From Octopus sinensis (lineage: Eukaryota): a DNA stretch of 64,000 nt. The stretch covers positions 93,000,001 through 93,064,000 of the forward strand of contig NC_043001.1 in the NCBI RefSeq assembly GCF_006345805.1. Reading direction: 5' to 3'. Both the position numbers and the translations under genes were made by a program. The notes under the pieces are model-generated. The model was given only the letters and a program-made list of their open reading frames with translations. It ran no database searches and was not told the DNA's origin. Numbering within the stretch: the stretch's first letter is position 1; each line of letters begins with the position of its first letter. Positions 12,856 to 27,589 of the stretch are shown here, piece by piece.

Positions 12856-15249
12856 TTTGTAGTGTTTCTTATCCATTTGCTTTATGGTAAAATTACGGAT
12901 AGCATCTATCACTAGACTTCGAACACCAGCCTCAAATAAAACATCCGAATAAAACGTGGCACTTATTGCCGTTGACAACAAAATATTGTCTGAGGGGGAG
13001 GGAAGAGCTTCCACTGCTTGCTATCAAATGAAAAAAAATGTTACATGCAATAACAGCAAAAGAATTGAGATAGTAGATACTCTAGAAAGATACAGAATAA
13101 TTATTTGAAATGAATATTTAATGACTCACAGAGCAAGTATTACACGCTCTGGACAGGTATAATAAGATACACAGAGAACCTAAAAGATATTGGGTGAACT
13201 ATTTTGATAGTGGCCTGCAATTTTAGATAAGTAGATGAAATAAAAATTTGTTTAAAGTTCATATCTTTCGGGAAATGTAAGAAAATTACACTTATCCAGC
13301 AACATGAGAATCCGTTTACGTGAAGATAAATTATTTGGACACTTGGTATACAAGTTACTGCAACTAGGCAATGGAATAATCAAACTACCAAGAACTGATA
13401 TGAGCACAAGTGGTATAGCAGCATGTATGATTTGAAGGAAATAGTTTTCTCAAATAAGAATCATAGGTGGTTGTGTGAAAGAGCAATGTTAGAGCCAAAG
13501 AACAATCGGGTTGGCGGAAACGGCAGAGAAGCCCATCGGGTGGATTGAACACGTGATTCAAAAGGTACATCCTAGTCACACGCTATCCTACGCTGACTAT
13601 GCATGAGAATTATATTAAGGGTACATGTGTCTGTGGGATACTAAGTGTTAATTCAATGAGCAAGCTATTCAGTTGATAGAACAACTGAGTCTTCATTGTT
13701 AAACGACGAAGATTCACTGCCGCCTCATACACTCACTCACTCACGCACGCACACATACACACACAGAGGAAAACATATGTATTATAACTAAACTGTTAGG
13801 TGTGTAACTTATAGAATGTGAAAATTTAATTCATTTATAATAATTTTCTTTCTCTGCAAATAATTAATTTATTTCATTCATATTTCAAAGTTCCTTTTTT
13901 GTTTTTCGATTCTTTCAATAGCTTATTATATTTGGCTTCCCTTTCAAAAACAACACTGTAAGATACTATTAGCTGATAGCTCTACTCTTCCATAAATGGA
14001 TACATATAGCCATAAGACGAAGCATTTCAATATCCAAAAAATAAATATAATGAATTTCGTCATCAAATATTTTCTTTTTGCTTGTTGTTTTGATTTCTCT
14101 TTTCTTTACAATTACTTCCTATTAATTAATTTATCAATTTACGAAAATTTATTTTCAGTATAATTTCCAAAAGTTTCTGCTTAATTCACTTATAATTTAT
14201 AATTTACTACAGATATCTTTTTTTTTTGTTTTCATGCAGCATTAATGAGTGGAATGAGATAGTTGATGTGCGGACAAATGCAATTTTATGTAGAATTTAG
14301 TTTTGGTCTCTCGGTTTTAAAGGAATAAAGGTATCAACATTTCCTTTCATCTCTCAAGAAGAATATATCGATTAAATGAATAATATAACCTGAAATCTTT
14401 CAGGTGACTCTACTTTTCTACAAGGAAAAAAAAATCAGCCTCTTCAATATCAAAAGACTTTAACAATGGTGGCCTGCAGATGTTACGAACGAACTTAGCC
14501 TTCATTTTCAAACAGATCAACCTTACTGTTTTCAAAACTGGAAGTTAAGGTGAACTCTTTTTTCTTTTTTCTTGGAAACGTATGAATGTCTCAGCTTCAT
14601 AGTTCATCTCTTCTATATTTTTACAGTCATAGATCTCAACAATTTCATCAATACAGATTGTTCTCTGTTCTTTCCTTTTCTCATCATTCTTATATTTAAA
14701 AAGATGATTTGCCTGTCATAAAAAAAAACCCAACAACAACAACAACAACACAAACAGTTTTCCAAGAAGGATTGACGGGTTGGAAACAAAAGTTAGGAAA
14801 ATCAACTTTGTTTGCTATCACCTGGAAGTAAGATATCAAAATAAAACAGTAAACACTCAAACAGCTACGTTTTCAGTACTTGTGCTTGAAATAGGATTTT
14901 AAGATCTGTTTCCCATTCTCCAAAGAATAAAACATGGCGCGTAGAATTGTGTATATTACTTGTTCAAATAGACGAAGAAACACCTAAAATTGAACACAAG
15001 GAATTCCTCCAAAATGAATAAAAACCTATTACCAACTATACAGAAAAAACAAAAACAAAAAGAAATCAAAGCGTCAGACAAAACGAACTGCGTTATTTAG
15101 TTACATTTCTTTGCATATTGAGTTCAGATCTCACTCTTGCGATAACATATAAGCAATAGTTATCTACTGAGATGAATACGGTTAAGGACTTTTATAATAG
15201 AAATGTCCTTCTGTTAATATGAGAAATCAGCATAGTGAGGTTTACAGCA

Positions 15250-15447
15250 TTATTGTTATGCTGGAATCAGTCAGTATTGAGGAAAACATACTGGGGTACC
15301 ACCTTGAAGGATTTTAGGCAAACAAATCGACCCCAGTACTTATTATTCTTTAAAACCTGGTACTTTATTGCATCGATACCTTTTGCTGAATCGCTATATT
15401 ACGCGTACGTAAACACAGCAATACGAGTTCTAAAGCGGTAGTGGGGT
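15250..15447 (-). mobile_element. SINE family A, degenerate 3' half
   Basis: Reverse complement resembles 35270-35420. Confidence 0.55.
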
Positions 15448-15486
15448 CAAATATAGACACAAAGATCCACTCACAAACCACCCCAC

Positions 15487-15524
<38 letters not shown>

Positions 15525-15530
15525 ATATAT

Positions 15531-15567
<37 letters not shown>

Positions 15568-15607
15568 GGACCAAAAGTGTATGTACGCCGCTATATGTAT
15601 ATATAAA

Positions 15608-15783
15608 AATGAAAAAAAAATGGAACAAGAACGTAACAGGCGACAACAAAATATCTGGACAGTTAAACGATAAAAAAAAGGACACGAAAAAACCAGGACG
15701 AGTCATTCGAAGTTTTCTAACCTCAGTCATTCGAAGTTTTGTATACGAAAACAAGGACGAAAAAAAGAAACGGAGAAATGGTA
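15608..15783. repeat. Interspersed-repeat remnant between (TA)n tracts, with an internal 16-bp direct repeat
   Basis: agtcattcgaagtttt occurs at 15701 and 15725; flanked by (TA)n-rich sequence on both sides. Confidence 0.45.
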
Positions 15784-15805
15784 CATATATATATATATTA
15801 TATAT

Positions 15806-15838
<33 letters not shown>

Positions 15839-15839
<1 letters not shown>

Positions 15840-15995
15840 CGACGAGCTTTCTTTCAGTTTCCGTCTGCTAAATCAACTCACAAAGTTTTGGTCAGCCCGA
15901 GGCCGTAGTAGAAGACTCTTACCCAATGTGCCACGAAGTTGGACTGAACCAGGAATCATGTGGTTGGGAAGCAAACTTTTTACTGCACAACAACT
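15839..15995 (-). mobile_element. SINE family A, 5' half
   Basis: Reverse complement of the head and core seen at 29590-29756. Confidence 0.8.
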
Positions 15996-17507
15996 ATGAA
16001 AATGTTTTTCAGTAGTAAGTTACGCTCCCTTATACTCTGAGTTCAAATTTTACCGAGGTCGTCTTTGACTTTCATCTAGCGGGTTCGATAAAATAGACAC
16101 AAGTGGGATATAGTGTTTGTTTTATCTGACTGACTGACGATAATCATTACCCAATAAACCTTTGGCTTTGTGCCAATGTGACAGATCATTATTGTTGCGA
16201 TGAGCAATTAGCAGAGATAAACGTTCAGTCAATGGGAAAAGACAACTCGGCTGACTTTCAATTTCGATACCAAGTTAGCCAGCCATCAGTTTCTCTGTCA
16301 ATATTTAGAGGGATAAACAACTGAATAAGCGTCAGGCCTTCTGTAAAGTATAGTTTTACTTACCATTTTACGAGTATAGTGAAAAAAGAGTAATTTTTCC
16401 ACAGTAAGAAAGACAAAGACAAGAAGAGAAAAAAAAAACGCGTAAAAATAACATATAATAAAAGAGCAATAAACATTATTAAAATAATAATTAACAAATA
16501 ACTAAATAACATGAAAACTTTCTCCAAATTATGAGAAAGAGAATGAGTTTGCTGTAACATTCATTATGCAAAAAAAACAACAAAAAAAAAACCGGAGAAA
16601 ATATGGTGTGATGGCGGTGATGGGGAGACATGAAAATTGTGGTAAACATTGACTGTAGCGAGAAACATCTCAAACAATAACTTAGGCTTTATATGACTCT
16701 AATTTTGATTTATTAGATCGTAAACCATTTTCCTTCACTTCCATATTCCATGAGATTATAATAGCTAACACAACTAGAGTTCTCATTTTCTCTTTCTCTC
16801 TTTCTTCTCATTTCTTTCATTCACTTTCCTTCTTTCCTTCTTTTAACCTCTTCTTTGTCATTTTTAGACTTTTCCTCATCTCCTCTTTCTCACTTTGTTG
16901 TGAGTGCATATTGCACTTTGTTGAGACTGTACGCAATGCACAAGCCTTATGCACGCACACTCCACACGCACACACACGCAAACACACACATTCATTTTTG
17001 AATGTATGTTTGTGCGTTTGTTTAACAACATATCATGATAATATATCCACATATCTATGCTTGCACATCTACACGCATGTACACGTTCATGCACATAACC
17101 CCATAATAATGTAAACTAGGATATAGATACGTGCACACATGCATGCATGCATACATACATACATATATGCACATACACACATAAATATGTGTGCGTACGA
17201 ATGTGTGAGAACGTGATTTTATATGCACATGAATACCTATGAGTATGCATATAAGAGCATATATAGCGAGTGTATATACCTACACTTGTGCACATTTGTA
17301 AACTGTATTTTGTATATATGAGGGCACATATAGTTGTAAACCCAAAATATAAATTACAATACACACGCACATAAATATACATATGCACATATGTATGCAT
17401 GTATATATACATACATCTATATTGTATATGTATATGTATATGCATGCATGTATGTATGTACATACGTATGAATGTATATATGTATAAATATATATAATAT
17501 ATATATA

Positions 17508-17565
<58 letters not shown>

Positions 17566-18068
17566 AGAAAGAGAGAGAGAGGGATTCATAAATAGATAAA
17601 CGGACAGATAACTAACTAGATGACTAGATAAATACCAACACAGGCACATATACACATGTTCCCCTCTACCTCGCCCCCTGCACATATATTGCCAAGCAAA
17701 ATATTATCCTGGTTCCGGTTAACATTATTTACTTTTGTTCATTTATTTACAAATTTATTTATCCAACACTCCATGCTAGAAGACTGCTTGACGAGAAATT
17801 TTTTTCTCTTCCAGTTTATTCTACTCATGTGTCTTTGTTTTCCATAATTCATAGTCTTAATAATTTTGTTGTTGTTGTTGTTGTTGTTATCATAATAACA
17901 ACAATAATAATGATAATAATAACAGTGCTTTCTAATTTTAATAATGATAATCATAATATTGCTCGTATTGGTGTTTATGGTTGTAGCTATGTACTAAAAA
18001 AAAAAGATGGTTGTTTTAATATCGAAGGGGATAGTAGTGATGTCGATGACATCGGTATTAATGACGGC

Positions 18069-18099
<31 letters not shown>

Positions 18100-18172
18100 T
18101 AATAATAATAATAATAATAATAGCAACAATAATAATAATAATAATAACAACAACAACAACAACAACAACAAC

Positions 18173-18207
<35 letters not shown>

Positions 18208-21200
18208 CGATCATAACAATTGACAATAGAAATGATTATGATAAAGATGAAGAGGTTGATGAGGATTATGGTGGTGGTGATGAAGAGAAAAAGGCGGTTA
18301 AGTATCGCTATAAAGCACTACAAAACACGTTACAAAAGAAGCAAACAAAGTAAAAATGATAACAAATATAGACACAATAGAATGTTGGAATATTTTAAAA
18401 TGAAAGCGAGATTTTGTGGAAAAGTTTTTTTTTTTTACTTTTCTGTTCTTTTTTTTCTTCTCCCGTTTCCCTTTTGCTTCTATAAGAGCATTTCCATTAA
18501 GCAAGCTGTATAACATTGCAAATTCCATTGTGCCGATATTTTCTTCGACACGAAAAGCCAAAATGGATTCACCTTTGCATAACAATAGTTTTCTAGCCAA
18601 AATGCTAACAACTAGAGAACAGCTCCACAAATCTGTAAAGCGGATTACAACGTCGATGCTTTGATAGTTTGTGTTTTCAGCAGTAAGAATTGTGATTCTT
18701 CTCCTTTTACACCGTCTTGTATGATAGAAAGAGAAGCAGAATATAAGAAAAAGAAAGAGAGCGAAAAGAATAAGGAGAAGAAATGAAGAAACATGAAATA
18801 ATAAAAAAAGAACAAGAATAAGAGGAACAAAAAGAAGAGCAAGAATACGGAGAATAAGAAGAAAATAAGCAGAAGAGGAAAGAGAATAATGGTTCTTCAT
18901 TGAACATTTGGCTTATAGCATAATTCTGTCGAAAAATAAATGGTAAATAGCTGCATGACTAAGTTGAGGTTGGCTTTAAGCTATCAAGTTTGTTTTAGCG
19001 GTTACAGAAATAAACTCTCGTTTCAGTCATTGGATATGTATGGCCATGAGCTTGCAATCTGATTAATTTAAGCACCATAGGAAAATAAAGTGAAATAAAA
19101 TCAAACAGTAACAGCAAATATAACCCCCACCTCACCTCACCATACTGCCAACATCACCTCTACCAACACCTCTACTACCACAAAGACAACTACAGCAACA
19201 GCCATAACAATAATAGAGAAAGAAAAAGATGACAATTGTTTAACATTAAATTGATAGATAAATAAATTAAGAACATAAAGCCGATCAAAATATTTTTCTC
19301 TCGCTAACAATATAAAGCAAATTGTATCTGCATTAATATAAGTATCTAACTTTTAAGTGAACCAAGAAACACTAAAGTCGGTTTCAACCACATAAATTTT
19401 TGAATGAATAAATTGAATCTGCAAAGTACTAAGAAACATGAAACTTGGGTAAAACAGCACAGTAGTGCTTACTGAAAAGGTTTTTCTCCATTTCTTTTGC
19501 AATATATCGTAGGAGCCCTTTTGAGAAATTATGTGATAACTTATCATAGTTTACGTCTTAAAAGGTACCAGATAAAAAAAAATGCAAATTTATTATATTC
19601 TGCGCAACAAAATACCTTCAGTTATCTACTTCGTTGTAAGAGCTCTTGTAATTATGTTTCTGATGAGGAAGTGGAAGTATATAGGCTGAGGAATTAAGAA
19701 TCGAACGGTTGAAAGTTTGTATCTCACCACTGATATTAGACAGTACCCATGGCCAATACGTGCAAATCTTATTAAGTAAGTCCATCTAACAGTAAACAGG
19801 TACGATGGAAAAATTATAGCTCACGGTTATAAGCAGCGGTAGCGTTGTATAATTAGCTAATCATAACGTTGAGGATTCATCTCCTAAGGGTATGCAGCAG
19901 GTAATGGGAACTCTAATATAGTATTCCCCGAAAATCATGTTAATCTTCATTTTCAGGGCCATCAGATCTCGTTTATAACCGAATCGTAATTCTTCCCTAT
20001 AAAGGCGATGGAGATGGACTGCTCTATGCTATCTGCTTCACCTAATCTCTATTCTGAAATCAAATTTCGCGGAGATCGAGAAAATAAGTACTAGTTATAT
20101 ATGTAGTATATCAATCAAATCGCCTTTACTCCCTCTCTTTGCAGAAAGGGCCTTGTAGGTATATAAGTGAAAGAAACATTTATCTTCGTTTTCGGTACTT
20201 AAGAAAAATTCTGCTCCATAATGGCTGAAACATCGCCAATTTAGAAGTATCTAAAACTTAATCTTCACTAGCCAGAATTGGAGAACTATTTCAGTGTTTT
20301 ATAACCCACAGTTTCTCTAGAATAATCTGTTCATATTCATGGCAAGAAGTAGTCATTAAAACTGATAAATTATTTGCTTCACACATAGGTGAAATAAATG
20401 GAGTTAAACTACACATGCTTGAATTTTTTGCTTGATTATGCCCCATCAACGTTATCAGTGAATTGGTGATTAGTTTTATTGAAGATCGTGACCGTGACAT
20501 TAATGATTTTAGCATGAGATTGAGTGGACAAAATTAACTGGAATCAGGGATCAAAGCAAAAATCTCCGTTTCAGTTCCACTACTCCTAGAGTACTTTTCA
20601 CTTACATTCATATTGATTTCTTTTCAGAAAAATTATTGATGTAATTCTTGTTTGATAGATAATAGCCGTAACGCCTCAAATATAGAGATACTTTTTATGA
20701 AATTTATGGAACTATATTGACTAATTTCGTTGAGTTATTAACAACATGCTATTTTGTTTTGCATATTTCTTCAAATAATCTAATATTGTTAAAATGAACA
20801 TTTTGTTCTACACAAACACAGAAGCAGCTGCGTAAAATTTTCCCCTATTTTTAAACTGCTTTTTCTTTTTAAATTACGAAATGCTGTTGGATATATTTTA
20901 TGAAAAAATACATCACTTACAAATAGTTATGTTACAAGTATGCCTTATTATTTCTTGAGCTGGCATGAAATTAATAACTTCAATTTGAAACAATAACAAT
21001 ATTGTTTGTCGCATCCACAGTGCTTTGAAGTTGAAACATATGTGTCATTTAGTGTCGATGCCAGTTAAAAGTAATATTGAAATGGCTGTAAATTATTATT
21101 TGCTTGAAAACCTTTTGCAGCTAATAATTTCTTCTTATCATTTTCTATATATGCGTTTTTATATATTGTATTTCTTGCTATCTAGCCAATCCCGCTTTGT

Positions 21201-23502
21201 AAACTGACAAATTGACATGTTGTATGAGTGGCTAATTGGTAAAGTCGCTGGAGCGTCGGATTGAATGACTCGTGATATTTGTTCCGACTCACTGCGCTCA
21301 GAGTTCAAACCAGATGTACCAATCCAGGGTGATGGTTTGGTGAAACTATAAAAACGTCAGACTGGATGCCTTGCAGAATTTCTTTCAGATCCAGCCATGC
21401 CCTACTTGGACGGAAAGCTTAATTCGTCATCTGGTTTATCACGAAAACTTGGCATCTTCAGTACCTTCAGAGGGGTTCAATCTGTTTCAAACGTTCGGAT
21501 GAGGTTTTAGAGTAAAGGACACATTTTCCTCCTCCCTCTTTCTCCTCCACTAATCACTGAGGCCCTATAACGGATCATGGGCACTGTCTGCCTTCGTGAC
21601 AAGAACCTATAATGATTTGTTTTGCCGATCTACTTCTATCATCTTTCCTTGTACTTCATGTCTTTGTCTTATTATTTGTTCTCTCTCTCTTTCTTTATCT
21701 CGCATTTATTTCTGTATCTCTTACCAATTTTCTTCATATCTACCTGTTTGGCTGGCTGGCTTTCCCCCAGGGCCAAATTGGCAGAATCATAAGAACGTAG
21801 GGCTAAATGCTCTGCGGCATTTGTTCTGGTTATCTACTTTCTGAAGTCAACTTTACTTTTCATCTTTTCAGGATCGACGAAACAAACCTTGTCCTGTTTG
21901 TTCTGGGTCTTTACTTTCTGATTATCCAGATAGGGGTGACGTAGTTATCTGTACTTAAGCTATAAAAGAGTGCCTTGTAAAAATTTTCCCGAAGGTAGAC
22001 AACGAGAAATCACCTTTGTATTCTCCTACGAAATTTTCACGACCAAAATGCTGCATTTGTGAAGGTGTTGCTTGTTGACCTGATGGCACAAAGAAGAGGT
22101 TATTTACATCCTTTTCCGGCTCTCTTTAGATAATCTGTGTCGTTTTTTTATTGCTCATTTCTTATTTTTTCATCTATTAAATTTCATCTCTATTTACAAC
22201 TTCTTCCACATAACAACCACGTTATTATTTTTTCTTTAGTCTGTCTCCCCTTTTCTCATTACTTTTCGCTTCCTCTTAATCCCGTAATGTTCCACCTCCA
22301 TAGCTTTATTCCTTTTCCCTCTCTTCCTGTCTTTCTCTCATACACACACTCTGTCACCATCTCTCTTCTATACATGTGCTCCAAGTTTCTGTCAACATCG
22401 ATGCAATTTCCTTTGTCTCATCCATTTGCCTACTCCACGACCTCATTTGTCTTTCGCCCTCCTTATTTTATATCCTCTTCCCTCTACTTAATTCCCTTCA
22501 TTATTTACCCGGAAGCTTGAAATATTGCTGTCTACATCAGATGATATCCCAATCAACAAAAGTAGTGATCATTCTAAATTATCTTCATCATTAGCAACCA
22601 AAGGTTTCCCTGAGAAATTCCAATTAGTCCTCAGTGCTGGCTTGACGAAAACACACGACATTAGTAACAACAGCAGCAGCTGCAGTTGGAAGAAGAGCAA
22701 TAACAACGACTAAAACAACAACAAAAACAAACACAAGAATAACTGCAGCAATCGTAGCTACTGCAATAGCAATAGTAAATGCAAATAATAACTGTTGCTG
22801 CAACAGAAAATAAAAGAATTTAAGGTAAAAAAAATCGAAAAAAAAAAAACACCTCAAAACAAAAACACACACAAAAAAACATTCAAACAAAATTCAACAA
22901 ATAATCTTCCTAAGAATGTGACAATGATGAACAACACCAATCAGAATTTCGACTACAAAAACAATATAAAAATGACAAGAACAGAACCAGTGCAATTTAC
23001 TATGATCAATAAAAACAAACAACGTATTGGATGAATAATTAAAAATAGAAAAAGAAAAAAAGCCCCTGCGTACATACAGCTTGCGTTCATTCGCAATCGT
23101 GCCCGCGCACACAACACATACATATATATACAACACAAAACGCAGGCACGTTTTTATGCTTAGTAGTAAATTCTTAAATAGATGTTTTCACATGGACTTT
23201 TATACAGATAAGTATCATATAGCAAGCTATATTGCATGTACACAATGACACATAAACAGGCAATAGCATGTAGAAACAAATGAACATATATACATACGTA
23301 CATACAGAAGCCCCCCGTATATACATATTTGGAAATATCTAATGATTCACATCCTCACAACTTAGATTTGTTGTCACATACTGGTTTTAGATAAATTAAC
23401 TCTACAAACATGAATGGAGTTCGGTTTCTCTTGTCTGTTGCCAACCAATACGTACATACGTACATACACACATCCACAATATATATATATATATATATAT
23501 AT

Positions 23503-23975
23503 AAATCCTTAAAATCCTTAAAAATGTTTTAGCCCGAAGGCCGCGGCCATGCTGGGGCACCACCGCTGAATGAGCTACACTAATATGTGAATCCACCTCT
23601 GATACGTGGCACTTGATCAACAAGGGAGTTCGATGCTGCTGCCCGCATCTGCGTCTCCTGTCGTAAGGTAGGCTCATCTGGGACTCCCGGCAAGAAGAGA
23701 TCCAGTTTAGTTTTAAAGAAACCCACGTCCACACCATGTAAGTCTCTCAGGCATTTAGGGAGGATGTTAAAGAGCTGTGGTCCTCTGAAACCCAAGCTGT
23801 TGCAGTATCTGGACAGTATTTTGATGGCGATGTTGGAATCTTTGGCACCATGCAGTGGCGCCCCGTTCTGCGGTTGGGGTAACTTTGAATGCCAAAGTTT
23901 GGGACAAGACCCTCCAGGATATATATACATGCATATATATATATACATGCATATATATATATCCCTCCAGGATAT
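23503..23975 (-). mobile_element. CR1/L2-group LINE 3' end (ORF2 C-terminus, 3' stem-loop, short tandem tail)
   Basis: [28 protein letters not shown], frameshift, then [48 protein letters not shown]...RAAASNSL, matching FN.LP..[IL]R....FK..LD.FL...PD.P. Ends in ggtggtgccccagcatggccgcggccttcgggctaaaac plus (ttttaagga)x2. Confidence 0.85.
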
Positions 23976-23987
23976 ATATATATATAG

Positions 23988-24065
<78 letters not shown>

Positions 24066-25803
24066 TATATCTGCACATGCACTAGGCATTTAGCCTAACA
24101 AATATTGCTGTTGTGTCAGTGTTATTTATTCGAAGTGCGGTTGAACAATTGCTAAGATACAACATGAAACTCTGGTAACACCAAGCATTCCTTTTAAATC
24201 ATATGGATGTACACACACATATGTGTGTAATGATAGATAATATAGATATATAACTTTCGGTGCTATCATTGTTTCATAAGACATTTGTTTGACTCCGATT
24301 TCATTGCTAAGCGGTTGAAAGATAACTTTCCATTTGTGTAGTTCGTCAGTCTCTAAAAGGTAACAGAGTGTCTAGTATTTATTCTTAGTTTCTAGTGAAA
24401 CTAAAGGCTCGCTCAGATGCATAGAGATACGTTTAGTGTATATTTGATCTTAAGGTGCTGACTAATGCCTCATCGAAATAATCATTTCGCGTGTTCATAA
24501 TTCTCTGTTTTATTATCATATGATATAGGCGGTGTTGTGGCAGAAGTGACAGAACATTAGAGCTGATGTCGTACAGTATTTAGTTTCTTTCCTCTCCGTT
24601 TTGATCACAAATCTCTCCAGGCTTTAGAATGGCTTTTATCACTGCACAGTCGATAAAATAAGAACGTCATGTATTTGAGTCAATTCAATCCACTTTATCC
24701 CTCTTCTAAAAAATTATGGCCTTATGCTCATGTGAGAAACCATAATTAAATGTTGCTGTCTAAAATGATACTCAGAATGGAAAAGAAAAAAATTATTGAT
24801 GACAAACTTGTATCTGGCAATTAAAGGATGTAAAAAAAAAGTAGGCATTAATAGAAGTTATCACAAGAGGAACAGTAATAACGAGAACAACATTTACTGA
24901 TTTTATAGCAATTGTAGCAACAGATACAAATATAATAACGACAAAAAGAAAGAAAAACCAGAAAAACCAAATCCACACATACAAACACATAAACATACAC
25001 GCACAAAAAAAGCTATAATGTTTGCAACAAAAACAACCACAATGATATGAGTAACAGTAATAACAGTAACAACATGATGTTTTTTTTCTAAAATCAGAAG
25101 TAATATCTACCTCTACAATGATAATGAAAATAACAATAACAAAAACAAAATATAAATGTCAGCAACAACAGTAATAAAAGCGTCAAAATATTTTAGAGGG
25201 TGGAGCAATGAGTTAAAAAACAAATCATTAATTGAAGTAAATAGAAGGTAGTTTGCTCTGATGCGACAAACAATTTTACAATTTACTAGCTTTTTCCTCT
25301 TCGCTCGTTTTAAAACAAGTATGTTCACCTGCCTGAAGGCTAGAAATGAGAATTAATTTTAGATTATGATTACCTCCTATCTGGCTGCATGATTTGTTGG
25401 CAACAGAATATTTCTTAAACATCTCAGCATAATAGCTGACAGATATTTTCTAGTTTTGATCATAAATTACCATAACGATGAATCCGATTTTGATTAGATA
25501 TTTTATAGCCTGTCTGAAGAGCAACTTACAAATCTCTGGTCTGAATTGCTAGCAATTCTTTAAGAGTTAGAACAGTTTAGCTTAATAAAGAATCATTAAG
25601 TCTGTTAGAGAAAGCATGAAGAAGCAGGTTTGACGCTAACCAGACTCTCTCCACACTAAAAAAACTTTGACTGATAGAAAAGTATTAAATTTGTCTTTCT
25701 TACGGCCACGACCTCTGACATAATGTTGTGTGAAGCAGTGTGGTACTGTAAGTAGTCAGGTTTCACTTCCCGATTGCCGTTCTTTCACTTCATTTATATT
25801 AAT

Positions 25804-26245
25804 ACTAGCAGCATAGCCCGGCGTTGCCCGGGTATGTAAGAGCCCCTAGTAGGCAACGACTAATCCCAATCTAGTTCTTTCCCTCTAGGGAACGAAGGTT
25901 CATATGTAGGTTGCAATGTCTTCTCTTCACTCGAATACTTCTGTGTATACGATGTTCCTAGCTGTCCCTTTGGGCGATAAAAAGGTCGAATTGTGTCCCC
26001 TAGACAGAAAATGTGTTGCATATAAAAAGCTTAGATTCTCGACCCCATGTCGAATTTATCGATTTTTTTCAGAACTTGGGGAACTTTTCAAAATGTTCGC
26101 TACGTTAGTTTTGAATTATGACATTGGGCTATGTGTGTGTCAAGTTTCATCAGAATCGGTTGAAAGCCGTGGTCAGGGTGAGGGTACAACCTGACAGACA
26201 CACAGACACACAGACAGACAAACTGCCGTTTATATAGAGAGAGAT
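25804..26245 (+). mobile_element. Non-autonomous Helitron/Helentron-like (Lep1/DINE-type) element
   Basis: 5' ACTAGCAGcatagcccggcgttgcccggg; 3' caagtttcatcagaatcggttgaaagccgtg, then (GACA)-type repeat, then tttatatagagagagat, which is the typical layout of this class. Confidence 0.65.
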
Positions 26246-26992
26246 TACTAATGTCACACATAGCAACGATCTGGCAGAATCGTTACCGCGCCGGGCAAAA
26301 TGCTTAGCGGCGTTTCGTACGTTCTGAGTTTAATATTCCACCGAGGTCAACTTTACCTTTCACTGGAGTCGTTGTAACCTACTTATCCCCTTCTCTGAAA
26401 TTGCTGACCTTGTGCTAAAATTTGAAACTAAGGCCACTAATTTGGTAAATGATTGAAAATGTTACAAATTTCACAGTTAAACCAGTGCAAACCAAATAGT
26501 TATAGCTTACTACCCAACTGAAGCAAATAAAGCTGATTGGTTTTAGTATGAGATTAATAAGTATTACACAGTCAGGCATTCGGACACAGGTGTGTAATTG
26601 TTTGTGTGAGTGCGACTCAATAACCAAGTAGATAAGATTACTTACTGGGTTACATTCATATAAATCATGGCCTTCGCTATATACTTGTCGTGATATCGTG
26701 TATTCTTCTGTAGACACATTGTTGTGTCTGTAGACAAAATCTTAAAATCTATCTTGCAATGCAGTGATCTATTCATCAAACTCAATAATATACATCAGCC
26801 AACATATAGGCACACGTATATATGAGTGGAGGAGCGTGTGTGTGTATGTGTATGTGTGTATGTGTGTGTGTATGTGTGTTTGTGCGTGTGTGTGCATGTG
26901 TGTGTGTGTGTATGTGTGTGTATGTGTGTGTATGTGTGTGTGTGTGTATGTGTGTGCGCGCGTGTGTGTATGTGTGTGTGTGTATGTGTGTA

Positions 26993-27034
<42 letters not shown>

Positions 27035-27589
27035 GTATTTTAGACGAATCTGACATTAATATATCACTTTAAGTTTACTGGTCTCTAGAATAAAAGTTGA
27101 GCAATTTGCAAGGCAGCTTGGAATGTTATTTATAGAAAATAATCTGAATAGGTAATCAGATTTTGGCTGAAGATTAGGAAATGATATTGCCTTGATGTCT
27201 GGATCAGACAAATTCGGACAAATCACAAGCTAATTTGGTAAACTACATTTTGGTAGAGTTGAGGTCAGAAGTTTTTTGGTTTGAAAAATAACAAAACAAA
27301 ACAAACGAATGAATTAACCTCGCTCCTACTTCTGTCTTTCACTCACTCTACACACACACACACACTCACACATACATTTACGCATACACTAATACACATA
27401 TACGCATAGGAGACACCACTCGCACACACAGAAGCACATACACATACATTTATATTCTCCTATATGGCAAACAGTGACACTCCACCTGTCTTTGAAAATA
27501 ACAAGTAAAAATTGTGTGGAACTTTAGATATACAGACAAACCTTCAAATAGCACGTGATTTGCCTGACGTCAGTTTTCCGTATCAAAAT

